A DNA stretch of 64,000 nt from an uncultured delta proteobacterium (GTDB lineage: Bacteria > Desulfobacterota > Desulfuromonadia > Geobacterales > DSM-12255): positions 32,001 through 96,000 of the forward strand of contig CAWBBV010000024.1 in NCBI GenBank assembly GCA_963787125.1, given 5' to 3'. Position 1 is the stretch's first letter. Each line of letters begins with the position of its first letter. A model generated the notes under the pieces. That model was not told where the DNA came from, searched no databases, and saw only the letters and a program-made list of their open reading frames with translations. Made by a program: the position numbers and the translations under genes. Of the stretch, positions 48,261 through 62,490 are shown in pieces.

Positions 48261-48578
48261 AGTTAAGTAAAAAGCTATTTGTATGCGCTGTTCTGGCAGA
48301 AAATAACTTCGTTAACTCACTTATCCTGTTTGTCAGGGTTTGGCTAACGTACCTTGCCGGTAATACGAGTGTTAATGAAGGTGACTTATTTTCAATTGGT
48401 GCTGAACGATGCAAAATAACTCGAATTTGATTGAAAAATCCGGTCGCCTGATGTATAGAATTAGCGCTTTAATAGAAATTATTTCCGGACAAATCAAGAG
48501 GCTTTGGGGATATCCCCCCGCAAAGCCTCTTGTCGCTTGTAATATTGGATAGTTATATATTTTAAGGAGGTCTTGTAA

Positions 48579-50360
48579 ATGATAGAGTTTCTTGGAGATT
48601 GGAAAAGAAGTCACTACTGCGGTGAGTTGCGGGCGACAGACATCGGTTCCAGCGTGACCCTGATGGGGTGGTCTCATCGGCGCCGTGATCATGGCGGACT
48701 GATTTTTATTGATTTGCGCGACCGGGAAGGTCTTACCCAGATTGTCTTCGATCCTGCAGTCAATCAGGCGACTCATGGTAAAGCTGAGTCAATCAGGAGT
48801 GAGTTCGTTGTTGCTATAAAGGGTAAGGTTATCCCCCGGCCTGAAGGGACCGTTAATCCGAATCTGAAAACAGGCGAGGTTGAAATCCTTGTTGAAGAGT
48901 GCAAGATCCTCAATCCGTCAAAGGCTCTTCCCTTTACTCTCGACGAACATGTCGATGTTGCCGAAAATCTTCGTCTCAAATATCGCTATCTTGATCTGCG
49001 CAGAAACCAGCTTCAGGATAACATTATCCTCCGCTCCAAGGTTGCCCAGACAACCCGCCGATACTTAAGTGACAACGGTTTTCTGGAGATTGAGACCCCT
49101 TTCCTGACAAAATCGACCCCTGAAGGCGCCCGTGACTTCCTGGTCCCTTCCAGGATTAATCATGGTCAGTTCTATGCGCTGCCCCAGTCGCCGCAGATTT
49201 TCAAGCAGATTCTGATGATCTCCGGTTATGACCGCTACTTCCAGGTAGTGCGCTGTTTCCGTGACGAGGATCTCAGGGCGGATCGCCAGCCTGAGTTTAC
49301 CCAGATTGATTGTGAAATGTCTTTTATAGACCGTGATGACATCATCAAGGTTATGGAAGGTCTTATCGCGACGGTTTTCAAGGAGGCCAAGGGGGTTGAT
49401 ATTCAGCTCCCTATCCCGAGAATTACTTACCATGAGGCGATCAGTCGCTTCGGTGTTGATAATCCAGACCTTCGTTTCGGGCTGGAACTGACTGAACTGA
49501 CTGAAATCGTCAAAGGTGCCGGCTTCAAGGTTTTTGCCGATGTAGCTGCTTCGGGTGGCATAATTAAAGGTCTGAACGCCAAAGGGTGTGCCGGATTCTC
49601 CCGCAAGGAGATTGATGACCTGACCGAGTTTGTCAAGATTTACGGCGCCAAAGGTCTGGCCTATGTGAAAATCGAAAATGGCGAGTGGCATTCGCCCATT
49701 GCCAAGTTCTTTACTCCTGAGGAGATTGTTGCCATGAATGCCGCTTTCGGCGCCGAGGAAGGCGACCTGCTGCTCTTCGTGGCTGACAAGCCGAAGGTTG
49801 TTAATGATGCACTCGGCAAACTCCGTAACAAGATTGCCGCTTCACTCGGACTCCTGGATAAGGAGAACTTCGTTTTTGTCTGGATAACAGACTTCCCGCT
49901 GCTTGAGTGGGACGAAGACGCCAAGCGCTGGTGTGCAGTGCATCATCCCTTCACTGCTCCCATGGATGAGGATGTTGATTATGTTGAGAGCGATCCGGGG
50001 CGTTGTCGTGCCAAGGCTTACGATCTGGTTCTGAACGGCAATGAAATAGGGGGCGGCTCTATCAGGATTCATCAGGAAGTTATTCAGTCGCTGATGTTCA
50101 AGATGCTCGGTCATTCAGAAGAAGACAAGCGCGCCAAGTTCGGCTTTCTGCTGGATGCGCTCGAATATGGAACTCCACCCCACGGCGGTATTGCCTTCGG
50201 ACTTGACAGGCTGGTAATGCTGCTGACCGGCAGTGATTCTATCCGTGACGTTATAGCTTTTCCAAAGACCCAGAGGGGCACTTGTCTCATGTCTGAAGCG
50301 CCATCGCCGGTTGACGACAAGCAACTCAGGGAGTTGGGAGTCAAGACTCTCGGTAAATAG
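48579..50360 (+). CDS. aspS: Aspartate-tRNA ligase, probably non-discriminating Asp/Asn type
   Basis: RRDHGG (His of the non-discriminating type), LPQSPQ, FRDED, HHPFT, PPHGG. Confidence 0.97.
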   Translation: MIEFLGDWKRSHYCGELRATDIGSSVTLMGWSHRRRDHGGLIFIDLRDREGLTQIVFDPAVNQATHGKAESIRSEFVVAIKGKVIPRPEGTVNPNLKTGEVEILVEECKILNPSKALPFTLDEHVDVAENLRLKYRYLDLRRNQLQDNIILRSKVAQTTRRYLSDNGFLEIETPFLTKSTPEGARDFLVPSRINHGQFYALPQSPQIFKQILMISGYDRYFQVVRCFRDEDLRADRQPEFTQIDCEMSFIDRDDIIKVMEGLIATVFKEAKGVDIQLPIPRITYHEAISRFGVDNPDLRFGLELTELTEIVKGAGFKVFADVAASGGIIKGLNAKGCAGFSRKEIDDLTEFVKIYGAKGLAYVKIENGEWHSPIAKFFTPEEIVAMNAAFGAEEGDLLLFVADKPKVVNDALGKLRNKIAASLGLLDKENFVFVWITDFPLLEWDEDAKRWCAVHHPFTAPMDEDVDYVESDPGRCRAKAYDLVLNGNEIGGGSIRIHQEVIQSLMFKMLGHSEEDKRAKFGFLLDALEYGTPPHGGIAFGLDRLVMLLTGSDSIRDVIAFPKTQRGTCLMSEAPSPVDDKQLRELGVKTLGK

Positions 50361-50368
50361 GTAACTTA

Positions 50369-51094
50369 TTGAAGCAATTCCAGGCATTATATTTGAGCTG
50401 CTTGCTCCTGATAGCTGTTACTGCCTGTGCAGCACCGGTCTCCAGGTATCAGGTTGACGCAGCAATGGCGGTTGAAAGGGTAAGAGTTTCCGGAATGGAA
50501 ACTCTTTTCCCTTTTGAGGCAAGAGATTTATTCAATGCCGTCAACCTTGGCGACCTTGAACATGCAAAAGGTGAGATTCCGCAAGCTGATGCCTATTATA
50601 ACCTGGCTCTGGGCAAAGCTGAAATGCTTGCAGCTCTCTACGCTAATGAGCTGAAAAAAAGAGAAGAGGCTGTCCGTCTGGATATTGAGGCAAAGCGCCA
50701 GGCAGAAGCTGCATTGGAACTGCGGAAGATTGAGGAACGGCACAAAGCCGCCGAACTTGCCAAAGAAACAGCTGCCAGGGCCAGGCAGCTTGAAGCGGAA
50801 AAAGCAGAAAAAGCTGAAAACCGTCACAGAGCTGAAAGGAGCAGGCAGGAGAAAGAGTTGCCGCTTGTTGCAAAATATACTGTCAAGCGAGGCGAGACTC
50901 TTCCGCAGATCGCAGCCATGCAGGATGTTTACGGAGATTCTTCTCTTTGGCCTCTTATTTACAAGGCAAATCGCGATCAGATCGGTAATCCGGCTGTCCT
51001 CTGGCCAGGTCAAGTTCTTCGTATCCCCCGCAACTCGGACAAAAATGATATGAGTGAAGCAAGGCGTTTTGCTGCGGAGCGTTCGCTGCGGTAA
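50369..51094 (+). CDS. LysM-domain lipoprotein
   Basis: Lipobox VTAC. YTVKRGETL..IA...YG...LWPLIYKANR. Confidence 0.85.
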   Translation: MKQFQALYLSCLLLIAVTACAAPVSRYQVDAAMAVERVRVSGMETLFPFEARDLFNAVNLGDLEHAKGEIPQADAYYNLALGKAEMLAALYANELKKREEAVRLDIEAKRQAEAALELRKIEERHKAAELAKETAARARQLEAEKAEKAENRHRAERSRQEKELPLVAKYTVKRGETLPQIAAMQDVYGDSSLWPLIYKANRDQIGNPAVLWPGQVLRIPRNSDKNDMSEARRFAAERSLR

Positions 51095-51113
51095 GATTAC
51101 TTATAATTCATGA

Positions 51114-53513
<2,400 letters not shown>

Positions 53514-53566
53514 TATAAGTCGTATCAAGTGCAGTAAATCTTAACCAAAAACAAGGAGGAAGGTAA

Positions 53567-54535
<969 letters not shown>

Positions 54536-54563
54536 TCCGTTGGCAACTTGATGTTTGCGCGAG

Positions 54564-54594
54564 AGAAGAAGGGCAGTTGCCCTTCTTCTTTTTT
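54564..54594 (+). terminator. Rho-independent terminator
   Basis: AGAAGAAGGGCA-GT-TGCCCTTCTTCT followed by a T-run. Confidence 0.7.
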
Positions 54595-54680
54595 CTACTA
54601 GTTGATTTATACTATTAACTGTGCTAAGTTCACACGTTTTTTGCCTGTGGGCGCACTTTTTTTACAAGGGGTGAAAGTAG

Positions 54681-54875
54681 ATGGAAAACAAACTTCCGAC
54701 TATCGAAATTATCGAGAAGTACTGCAAGGGATGCCACATCTGTGTGGAGTTTTGTCCCAAGCAGGTGCTTGAAATGAAAGGATTCGTTGTCTCTGTTAAG
54801 AACCTCGAAGCCTGTATCAAGTGCATGCAGTGCGAGCTCCGTTGTCCGGACTTCGCTATCAAAGTTACGGCTTAA
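54681..54875 (+). CDS. korD: 2-oxoglutarate:ferredoxin oxidoreductase delta (ferredoxin) subunit
   Basis: CKGCHICVEFCP, CIKCMQCELRCPD. Confidence 0.88.
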   Translation: MENKLPTIEIIEKYCKGCHICVEFCPKQVLEMKGFVVSVKNLEACIKCMQCELRCPDFAIKVTA

Positions 54876-54898
54876 CATTCTAACAGGAGGTATTTACC

Positions 54899-56032
54899 GT
54901 GGCAAAGAAAGTAGCATTTCTTCAGGGTAACGAGGCAGCAGCTCAAGGCGCACTCTACGCCGGCTGCAAGTTTTTCGCCGGATACCCGATTACACCCTCT
55001 ACCGAGGTAGCTGAAGTAATGTCAGTCGAGCTTCCCAAGATCGGCGGCAAGTTCATTCAGATGGAAGACGAGATCGGCGCAATGGCAGCTCTTCTGGGCG
55101 GCGCACTGACCGGTGCCAAGGCACTGACATCGACCTCCGGACCGGGTCTCTCCCTTAAACAGGAGCTGATCGGTTACGGCTGTATCGCCGAGATCCCCTG
55201 CGTTATTTACAACGTAATGCGTGGCGGACCTTCTACCGGCATGCCGACCGGTCCTTCACAGTCCGACATCATGTGCGCCAAATGGGGTACACACGGTGAC
55301 CACCCGGCAATCTGTCTGGTTCCTGCTTCAGTTCAGGAGCTTTTTGAAGAGACAGTCCGTGGATTTAATCTCGCCGAGAAATACCGTACACCAGTTATGA
55401 TCATGCCTGACGAAATCATTGCTCATATGCGTGAGCGGATTGTATTCCCTGAACCGGGCGAACTGGAAGTAATCAATCGTACCGAACCTTCTGTTTCACC
55501 AGATAAGTACAAGCCTTATGATACATCCTTCGGTGATGTTCCTCCTCTTGCTGCTTTTGGTTCAGGTTACAAGTTTCACGTCACCGGTCTGAACAAGATG
55601 CAGGACGGCTTTCCAACAACCAAGGCTGAAATTGTTCAGGCTGAAGAAGAGCGTCAGGTTCGTAAGGTTGAGGGTAACAGAGCAGATATCATGAAGTGGG
55701 AAGAGTATCAGTGTGACGATGCCGAAATCATCATTGTCGCTTTCGGTTCTACCTCCCGTTCAGCCCGTTATGCTGTCGATCAGGCTCGCAAAGAGGGGAT
55801 CAAGGCAGGCCTGTTCCGTCTCATCACCTTCTGGCCATTTCCGGAAGAGCGTCTGCTCGAACTTTCCAAGAAAGTAAAAGCATTCATTACTCCGGAGATG
55901 AATCTCGGTATGAGCCATGGCGTAGTCAAGGCTGCGATCGAAGGGAACGCGCCTGTTCTCGGCATTTTCAGAGTAGACGGAGAACCGATCAATCCTGATC
56001 AGATCCTCGATAAGATGAAGGAGGTCAAGTAA
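54899..56032 (+). CDS. korA: 2-oxoglutarate:ferredoxin oxidoreductase alpha subunit
   Basis: GYPITPS, QMEDEI, TSGPG, RGGPSTG. Confidence 0.93.
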   Translation: MAKKVAFLQGNEAAAQGALYAGCKFFAGYPITPSTEVAEVMSVELPKIGGKFIQMEDEIGAMAALLGGALTGAKALTSTSGPGLSLKQELIGYGCIAEIPCVIYNVMRGGPSTGMPTGPSQSDIMCAKWGTHGDHPAICLVPASVQELFEETVRGFNLAEKYRTPVMIMPDEIIAHMRERIVFPEPGELEVINRTEPSVSPDKYKPYDTSFGDVPPLAAFGSGYKFHVTGLNKMQDGFPTTKAEIVQAEEERQVRKVEGNRADIMKWEEYQCDDAEIIIVAFGSTSRSARYAVDQARKEGIKAGLFRLITFWPFPEERLLELSKKVKAFITPEMNLGMSHGVVKAAIEGNAPVLGIFRVDGEPINPDQILDKMKEVK

Positions 56033-56033
56033 C

Positions 56034-56852
56034 ATGGCATTCGATTACGATAAGTATTTGCGTCCCGGTAAACTCCCGCATATTTGGTGTCCAGGTTGCG
56101 GTCACGGGATTGTCATGAAAGGCCTCATACGGGCGATTGATACCTGTGGGCTCAAGAAAGAGGAGACAGCCATTGTTTCCGGTATCGGCTGTGCTTCACG
56201 TCTGCCTGGCTATCTTGACTTCTGTACCCTGCATACTGCCCACGGTCGTGCCGCAGCTTTTGCAACCGGTGTAAAAATGGCCCGTCCGGAGATGAATGTC
56301 ATCCTTGTCGGTGGTGATGGCGACGGTACTGCCATTGGCGGCAATCACTTCATTCATGCCTGTAGGCGTAACATCAACATGACCTACATTATTATGAATA
56401 ACAAGATTTACGGTATGACAGGCGGCCAGTTCTCACCTGCCACTCCGACCGGCGATAAGGCTTCTACAACTCCTTACGGCAATCCGGATCCTCCTTTTGA
56501 TATTGCCAAGCTTGCAATCGGTGCCGGGGCAACTTTCGTTGCTCGTGGAACAGCTTTCCATGCCAACCAGATCGACAAGTTGATCACTGAAGCTATTCAG
56601 CACAAGGGATTTTCAGTAGTTGAAATTCTTGATGACTGTCCGACAACCTATGGGCGTCGTAACAAGTTCAAATCTGTTATCGAGATGATGAATCATCTGA
56701 AAGATACCACCGTGCCGGTTAAAGCAGCAGAGAAGATGAGTCCCGAGCAGCTGAAGGGGAAAGTCCTGACAGGTGTTCTTTATAAAGAGGAAAAGCCTGA
56801 GTACTGTGAAGAGTACGCCAAGGTTATTCAACGGGCCCAGGCCGCCAAGTAA
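56034..56852 (+). CDS. korB: 2-oxoglutarate:ferredoxin oxidoreductase beta subunit
   Basis: WCPGCG, SGIGC, GDGD, YGMTGGQ. Confidence 0.93.
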   Translation: MAFDYDKYLRPGKLPHIWCPGCGHGIVMKGLIRAIDTCGLKKEETAIVSGIGCASRLPGYLDFCTLHTAHGRAAAFATGVKMARPEMNVILVGGDGDGTAIGGNHFIHACRRNINMTYIIMNNKIYGMTGGQFSPATPTGDKASTTPYGNPDPPFDIAKLAIGAGATFVARGTAFHANQIDKLITEAIQHKGFSVVEILDDCPTTYGRRNKFKSVIEMMNHLKDTTVPVKAAEKMSPEQLKGKVLTGVLYKEEKPEYCEEYAKVIQRAQAAK

Positions 56853-56878
56853 TTAATAAAGGAAAAGGAGCGATAAAG

Positions 56879-57424
56879 ATGTCACGTTATGAACTCAGAT
56901 TTTCCGGCGCGGGCGGACAGGGTTTGATAACCGCCGGGATCATCATGGCCAAGGCTGCTTCCATCTATGAAGGGAAACAGGCTGTTCAATCACAAAGCTA
57001 CGGTCCTGAGGCCCGTGGTGGTGCTTCCAAATCAGAAGTAATAATTTCTGATGACGTAATCGATTACCCGAAGGTCACCAAGTGTGACGCTCTTCTGGCA
57101 ATGACCCAGGAAGCCTGTAACAAGTACAGTGATGATCTTAAAGAAGGTGGAGTACTTCTTTATGATTCAGACCTGATTACAAAACTTCCGGAAGGTAACT
57201 TCAAAAAGGTTGGTTTTAATATCATCAATACTGCCAAGAATGACGTCGGTCGTGAGATCGTTGCCAACATAGTAGCTCTTGGCGCTATGGTTGCGTTAAC
57301 TGGTCAGGTTAGCCGCGAGAATGCTGAAAAGGCGGTTCTTTCCAGCGTTCCGGAAGCATTCATTGAGCTGAACAAGAAAGCCTTTAACATGGGCTTTGAA
57401 AGAGCGTTGGCTGCATGCAAATAA
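56879..57424 (+). CDS. korC: 2-oxoglutarate:ferredoxin oxidoreductase gamma subunit
   Basis: GAGGQG, YGPEARGG. Confidence 0.92.
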   Translation: MSRYELRFSGAGGQGLITAGIIMAKAASIYEGKQAVQSQSYGPEARGGASKSEVIISDDVIDYPKVTKCDALLAMTQEACNKYSDDLKEGGVLLYDSDLITKLPEGNFKKVGFNIINTAKNDVGREIVANIVALGAMVALTGQVSRENAEKAVLSSVPEAFIELNKKAFNMGFERALAACK

Positions 57425-57446
57425 GTGCAGGTTTATAGATGTAAAG

Positions 57447-57478
57447 AAAAGCCCGACTCAGAAGAGTCGGGCTTTTTT
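57447..57478 (+). terminator. Rho-independent terminator
   Basis: AAAAGCCCGACTC-AGAA-GAGTCGGGCTTTTTT. Confidence 0.85.
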
Positions 57479-57552
57479 AATATACTTGAAAAGCTGATGG
57501 CTTTGATTTATAAAAACTTATATATTTTATTGTAATCTCAGGCGGAATTTAT

Positions 57553-59148
57553 ATGAAAAAACAGTTGTTTCTGCTCCCGGTATTCACCGTCCTCTTATTA
57601 TTTCCAGTCAATCTTCTGGCTCTTTCATCTGTAAATATCCCTTTAGGCTCGCCAATTTACTCCTATATCGACAAAATAGCTGCTCTCGGGCTTATATCGT
57701 CTGATTTCAAGGGGATCCGGCCCCTGACAAAGAGCGAGGCTGCCAGGCTTGTCAGGGAGGCGGAAAATAGCTCTTCCGATGCTGCGAACTCACCTTTTGG
57801 CAAGGAACTTCTCGGGGAGCTCAAATTTTACCTGCGGCGGGAACTTTCTCTTTATGATGTGCCGGCGCAGTCACCATCTTTTGACTTCAAACCGTTGTCC
57901 GATTTATCGCTCCGCTATGCCTATCTGGATGGAATGCCGAGAAACTACGTCCGTAATGTTAATGACCCTGGCGGTGACGGAGTCTTTGGGATAGGCGCCG
58001 GGCTTAGACCTGATAATCCGTATCCGACAATCGTTGAACAGCGCGGCACTGAAGGGACTCCGCTCATTGCGAACAACGAAGGTGTGCGCTATCAGGATGG
58101 TAGTAACCTTGATTTACGCTTCAGTAGTGAGGCGAATCTTTCAGAATCAGTTTCCCTGCTGGTTGAGCCTCAATTCTACTCTACTTCAGGTGTTCTTCAG
58201 GGTCGAATCAACAAAGGCTATGTCAAGCTTGGCGGCGGTGGGCTCGAACTGGAAGTTGGCCGTGATTCCAACTGGCTCGGTTTTGGCGAGCGCGGAGCGC
58301 TTACTCTTTCGAATAATGCCAGAAATTTTGACCTGCTAAAGCTTTCCAGCCCGGAACCACTTGATGTGGGGATGTTCGGCAAGTTAAAATACGCGCTCAT
58401 TTTATCCCGTTTTGACAAGGTCATGACTGCCAACGGCGATCGACAACCATGGTTTTATGCCATTAAAGTATCGCTTAAGCCGGTTCCCGAATTCGAGATC
58501 GGCATAAACCTGGGCAGGCAACAGGGTGGGCCCGGCGTTGATAACAGTCTCAAGGATAACTTGCAAGGACTTGTTGGTGGCACCAGTCACGACAATTCCA
58601 ACAGCCTTGGCGGTGTAGAGCTGCGCTGGCGAATGCCTTTTCTTAGAAACAGCGAGGCATATGTCGAGTTTTCCGGCGAAGATGCCGCTAAATTCTGGCC
58701 GATTGTGGAAAGTTACCTTGCCGGGATTTACATCCCAAGATTGACTGACGATGGTAAGAATGATTTTCGTTTCGAGTATTTTCTCGGCAACAATATCCTT
58801 TATAGTCACTCTCAATTCACTGAGGGTTATATCTATAAAGGTATGCCGATCGGCCATGCAGAGGGCGGCGCAACCCAGGATTTTTTCTTTAGCTACAGTC
58901 ACTGGTTTTCAGTCCGCGACCGTGCCGGCCTGGATTATAGCCATACAACCCGAGGCAATACGGGCCGGCTTATCGGCCAGGCTCTGGAACGTAAAGACGC
59001 CTTGCGGGCTTTCTGGACGCTGCCGCTGGCTGATCATCTTGATATGAAACTTGTTTATGGCATCGAGCGGGTCGATAATCTGAACCTCCAGAGTGATGTT
59101 TCGCAAACCAACAATCTTGCTGTGGCTGAACTTTTGTATCGCTTTTAG
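57553..59148 (+). CDS. Capsule assembly Wzi-family outer-membrane protein
   Basis: Signal peptide, GRDSNWLG...LSNNAR, terminal Phe (YRF). Confidence 0.8.
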   Translation: MKKQLFLLPVFTVLLLFPVNLLALSSVNIPLGSPIYSYIDKIAALGLISSDFKGIRPLTKSEAARLVREAENSSSDAANSPFGKELLGELKFYLRRELSLYDVPAQSPSFDFKPLSDLSLRYAYLDGMPRNYVRNVNDPGGDGVFGIGAGLRPDNPYPTIVEQRGTEGTPLIANNEGVRYQDGSNLDLRFSSEANLSESVSLLVEPQFYSTSGVLQGRINKGYVKLGGGGLELEVGRDSNWLGFGERGALTLSNNARNFDLLKLSSPEPLDVGMFGKLKYALILSRFDKVMTANGDRQPWFYAIKVSLKPVPEFEIGINLGRQQGGPGVDNSLKDNLQGLVGGTSHDNSNSLGGVELRWRMPFLRNSEAYVEFSGEDAAKFWPIVESYLAGIYIPRLTDDGKNDFRFEYFLGNNILYSHSQFTEGYIYKGMPIGHAEGGATQDFFFSYSHWFSVRDRAGLDYSHTTRGNTGRLIGQALERKDALRAFWTLPLADHLDMKLVYGIERVDNLNLQSDVSQTNNLAVAELLYRF

Positions 59149-59175
59149 CGAGCGAACTGATTTACAGGGAGTAAA

Positions 59176-59952
59176 ATGGTAGCAGATCTTGGTCGGAGCG
59201 CCTTAGCAGCCTATACCACCCTTGCTGAGCTGATTACACTGCTTGTCGGGGTTGCCAAGAGTCTTGTAGTTACTATTCTTCGGCGCCGACGCCCTGTTAT
59301 ACAGGTCTGTTTTCGCCAGATCTTCTTTACCGGCAACGAGGCTTTCAAGGTTGTTTTTGTCATTTCAATGGCTGTCGGTGTGGCAATCATTTCGCAGATG
59401 TCAAACGTTACAGACGCCGGCAGAGGTTCACTGATCGGCAAGGTGTTTGTCTGGGTCGTAATCCGGGAGATTGCGCCGCTGATAACCGCGCTGGTCGTCA
59501 TCGCCCGCAGCGGTTCAGCAATAGCCATTGAGATGGGACAGATGAAGCTGAAAGGGGAGATAGAGTATCTTGAGGCTCTTGGTATTCCTGGTGAACAGTA
59601 TCTGCTCATGCCAAGGGTTCTGGGTGTCGGGATTGCTCTTCTGGTACTCAATATCTATTTTAACCTTATTGCTGTGACCTCGGGGCTACTGGTCTCATGG
59701 CTCGGCTGGCAGATCCCGCTTACGCAGATAAAACAGGGGATTGTCACGGTCCTTACACTCAACGAAATACTGATAACGTCTTTCAAGAGCCTCCTCTTCG
59801 GTGTTGTGATTGCCGGAGTCGGCTGTAATGCCGGGCTGCGGGTCGGCGATAGTATTACCCAGATTCCCCAGGCCGGCACAAAATCTGTTATTAACAGCAT
59901 GATCATTATTTTTGTTGCCGATGTATTGATCTCCTTTACCTTTCTTTTCTGA
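59176..59952 (+). CDS. MlaE-family ABC permease
   Basis: REIAPLITALVVIARSGSAIAIEMG.M...EI..LEALG, PRV. Confidence 0.9.
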   Translation: MVADLGRSALAAYTTLAELITLLVGVAKSLVVTILRRRRPVIQVCFRQIFFTGNEAFKVVFVISMAVGVAIISQMSNVTDAGRGSLIGKVFVWVVIREIAPLITALVVIARSGSAIAIEMGQMKLKGEIEYLEALGIPGEQYLLMPRVLGVGIALLVLNIYFNLIAVTSGLLVSWLGWQIPLTQIKQGIVTVLTLNEILITSFKSLLFGVVIAGVGCNAGLRVGDSITQIPQAGTKSVINSMIIIFVADVLISFTFLF

Positions 59953-59965
59953 TGCGGGAGAGCCT

Positions 59966-60610
59966 ATGATCTGTTTTTCAGAAGTTATTGCTGCCGGTAT
60001 CGATGCCCCGATCGACTTCATCCTCCCTGCTGGAGGGTCTGCAGCGATCATAACGTCAAGAGAGATCGAGAATGATGCGATTGTAAGGATCATTCTTGGC
60101 TTCCAGCAAACAGTTTCCGGTGTTTTCAGTCTTTATGACGATCAACCTGCCGTTTTGAATGAGAATGAAATAGCTACGTTCAGGAAAAAGATCGGGGTAA
60201 TTTACCAGGATGGTGGTCTTATATCAAACCTCAATCTTTGGGAAAACCTGACTTTGCAAATCGCCTTTGAAGGCCTTTTTGGGAAAAAAGAGATAGAAAC
60301 GCTGGGGATGGCTGCACTTGACAAGGCCGGTTATAGTGGCCCTGCTGCAGTCCTTGTGAGTCGGCTTTCCCTGTTTCAGCGCAGACAGGTTGCCTTTGCC
60401 CGCGCTTTTATTACAAGCCCGAACCTGATGATATATCACTCGACTTTTGAAGGCTTAAGCCGCCCCGAGCAGAAGCAGCTTGCCGATCTTGCCTGGGAAT
60501 ATCACAATAACTCGAATACGACATCGCTATTTCTGACATCCTATCCTGAATCCCTCAAAGGGATGGAGTTTGACCTTAGATACACGACAGGAGGTACCAA
60601 CTCACTATGA
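59966..60610 (+). CDS. Degenerate ABC ATPase-like subunit (MlaF position)
   Basis: RKKIGVIYQ..GLISNLNLWEN and VAFARA are present. Walker A, LSGG and Walker B are absent. Confidence 0.75.
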   Translation: MICFSEVIAAGIDAPIDFILPAGGSAAIITSREIENDAIVRIILGFQQTVSGVFSLYDDQPAVLNENEIATFRKKIGVIYQDGGLISNLNLWENLTLQIAFEGLFGKKEIETLGMAALDKAGYSGPAAVLVSRLSLFQRRQVAFARAFITSPNLMIYHSTFEGLSRPEQKQLADLAWEYHNNSNTTSLFLTSYPESLKGMEFDLRYTTGGTNSL

Positions 60611-61578
60611 TATCCGGTACCGATAACAGATTTAAAAACCTAGAAAGAAAGGTCGGGTTATTCCTTCTTGTTGCCATGCTTGCAGTAATTGGTGTTGTTC
60701 TCTTTATTGCAATCGAAAATAACCTTTTTACGTCAACGTTTAACGTCAGGTTGACTGCGCCCAAAGGTACCGGATTTTCTCAAGGGATGCCGATAAAGCT
60801 TTCCGGTTTTAGAATCGGCCGGGTAAAGTCAATAACTCTGAATGATTCTGCCGCTGTTGACGTTTTGTTGCAGATTGACAAAAAATACAAGAAGTGGATG
60901 CGCAAGGATTCTGTTGCCAGATTAATAAAAGAGGGGATGATTGGTGATTATATCATTGAGATAAACAGTGGAACATCACCTGAACTGATAGCTGAAAACG
61001 GGCTGATGTCTCTGGGGAAAAGCAAGGCATTTGACGAGATTGCCGAAGATATAGCTGAAAAGGTAAAACCTGTACTTATGGATATCAGGGATATTATTTC
61101 TTACATAAACAGTGAAGATGGTGATGTTAAAAAGACTCTCAGAAACGTCAATACCTTCACTGGTAATCTTGAGCTTAGCCGCAAAAAGGCTGACCTGATT
61201 CTTGACAGCGGCAGACAGACAGCCGATGCCTCCGGCAAGCGCTTTGATCTGATTCTGACCAAGGCAGAGAGCCGTATTGACCAGGTTCAACCGATTTTGG
61301 GAAAGGTTGACAGTTCCCTGCAGGTTGTTGATAAAAAACTACCACTGTTACTGGAAAAGATCGAGTTGACCTTAAGTCATATAGAAGCTATTTCAAAAGA
61401 TCTCGAAGTGGTTTCAGCAGAGACCCTTCCCCAGGTTCCAAAGCTTGTAAATAAGACAGAAGGGCTAATGGATCAGAGTGGGGAGATAATGGATGGAGTG
61501 AAAGGTGTCTGGCCGCTCAAAGGTTTCCTGTCATCACCTGAACAGAAAGATCTGATCCGGAGGGACAGTAATGAATAA
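60607..61578 (+). CDS. MlaD/MCE-domain protein
   Basis: N-terminal TM, G..QGMPIKLSGFRIGRV, helical tail. Confidence 0.88.
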   Translation: MISGTDNRFKNLERKVGLFLLVAMLAVIGVVLFIAIENNLFTSTFNVRLTAPKGTGFSQGMPIKLSGFRIGRVKSITLNDSAAVDVLLQIDKKYKKWMRKDSVARLIKEGMIGDYIIEINSGTSPELIAENGLMSLGKSKAFDEIAEDIAEKVKPVLMDIRDIISYINSEDGDVKKTLRNVNTFTGNLELSRKKADLILDSGRQTADASGKRFDLILTKAESRIDQVQPILGKVDSSLQVVDKKLPLLLEKIELTLSHIEAISKDLEVVSAETLPQVPKLVNKTEGLMDQSGEIMDGVKGVWPLKGFLSSPEQKDLIRRDSNE

Positions 61579-62488
61579 GCGCTCCAGCTTCTTTCTGTCC
61601 CTGGCTTTTGTGGCTCTGCTACTGATGACAGCTTGCGCTCAGACCAAGGCAAAACTGCCGACTTTGCTGCAACAGGCAGAGAGGCATAATGTAACCGGTG
61701 TTGCCGCTGAATCAAAACAGAAGTTTCTGGCCGCTGAGTCTGAATTTGCTGAGGCTTACCGGCTTTTCAGCTCGGTTGAAAACTATTCAGGGATGGTTAC
61801 TGCGCTTATAAACAGTTCCCGTTTATATCGGCGTCTGGGTGATTCGGGGAGAACCGATTTTGTCCTCAAACAAGCTGTTAACCTGATTCCACAGACACCT
61901 GAACTCGAAGCTGAAATTTGTTTTGAAAACAGTAAACTTGCTACCCTTAAAGGGGACAGTAACGAAGCGCTGCTTTGGGCAGAGCGAGCGGTTAACAGCA
62001 GTAAAGATAGTGATAGATCGAGAATGCTCAATCTGGTTGCTTTATTGCTCCTGCAGAAGAGTGATCTCCCAAAGGCTACGGAGGCTGGTGAAGCTGCCCT
62101 TAAGTTCAGTCGAAGCACTGCTGACAGGCGCGAGGAGGCAAATGCATGCCGCCTTCTGGGAGAGATCGCCTTACTTGAAAAGCGCTACCCGGCTGCCCTC
62201 CAGTTTTTTGAAGCTGCGCTATTGATAGATAAAGAGCTTGCCCTCCCCGGGAGGGTTATAGCCGATCTGACCGCTCTCTCCCGTACTTTTGAAGCTCAAG
62301 GTGATATCACCAACGGCGCTCACTACCTGCAAAGAGCCGTTGATGCCGAGCTGAGTGATAAAAACAGTCCGGCTGCTGCCGGAAAACTGGATAAGCTGAT
62401 AAAGCTTTACGAGCGGACCGGTAACGATCAGGCCGCTGCCAAAGCAAGAAAACTCAAAAATTCCCTGCAGTCAATGAAGGCGGAGTAA
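61571..62488 (+). CDS. TPR-repeat lipoprotein
   Basis: Lipobox MTAC, TPR-like helical repeats. Confidence 0.78.
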   Translation: MNKRSSFFLSLAFVALLLMTACAQTKAKLPTLLQQAERHNVTGVAAESKQKFLAAESEFAEAYRLFSSVENYSGMVTALINSSRLYRRLGDSGRTDFVLKQAVNLIPQTPELEAEICFENSKLATLKGDSNEALLWAERAVNSSKDSDRSRMLNLVALLLLQKSDLPKATEAGEAALKFSRSTADRREEANACRLLGEIALLEKRYPAALQFFEAALLIDKELALPGRVIADLTALSRTFEAQGDITNGAHYLQRAVDAELSDKNSPAAAGKLDKLIKLYERTGNDQAAAKARKLKNSLQSMKAE

Positions 62489-62490
62489 GT

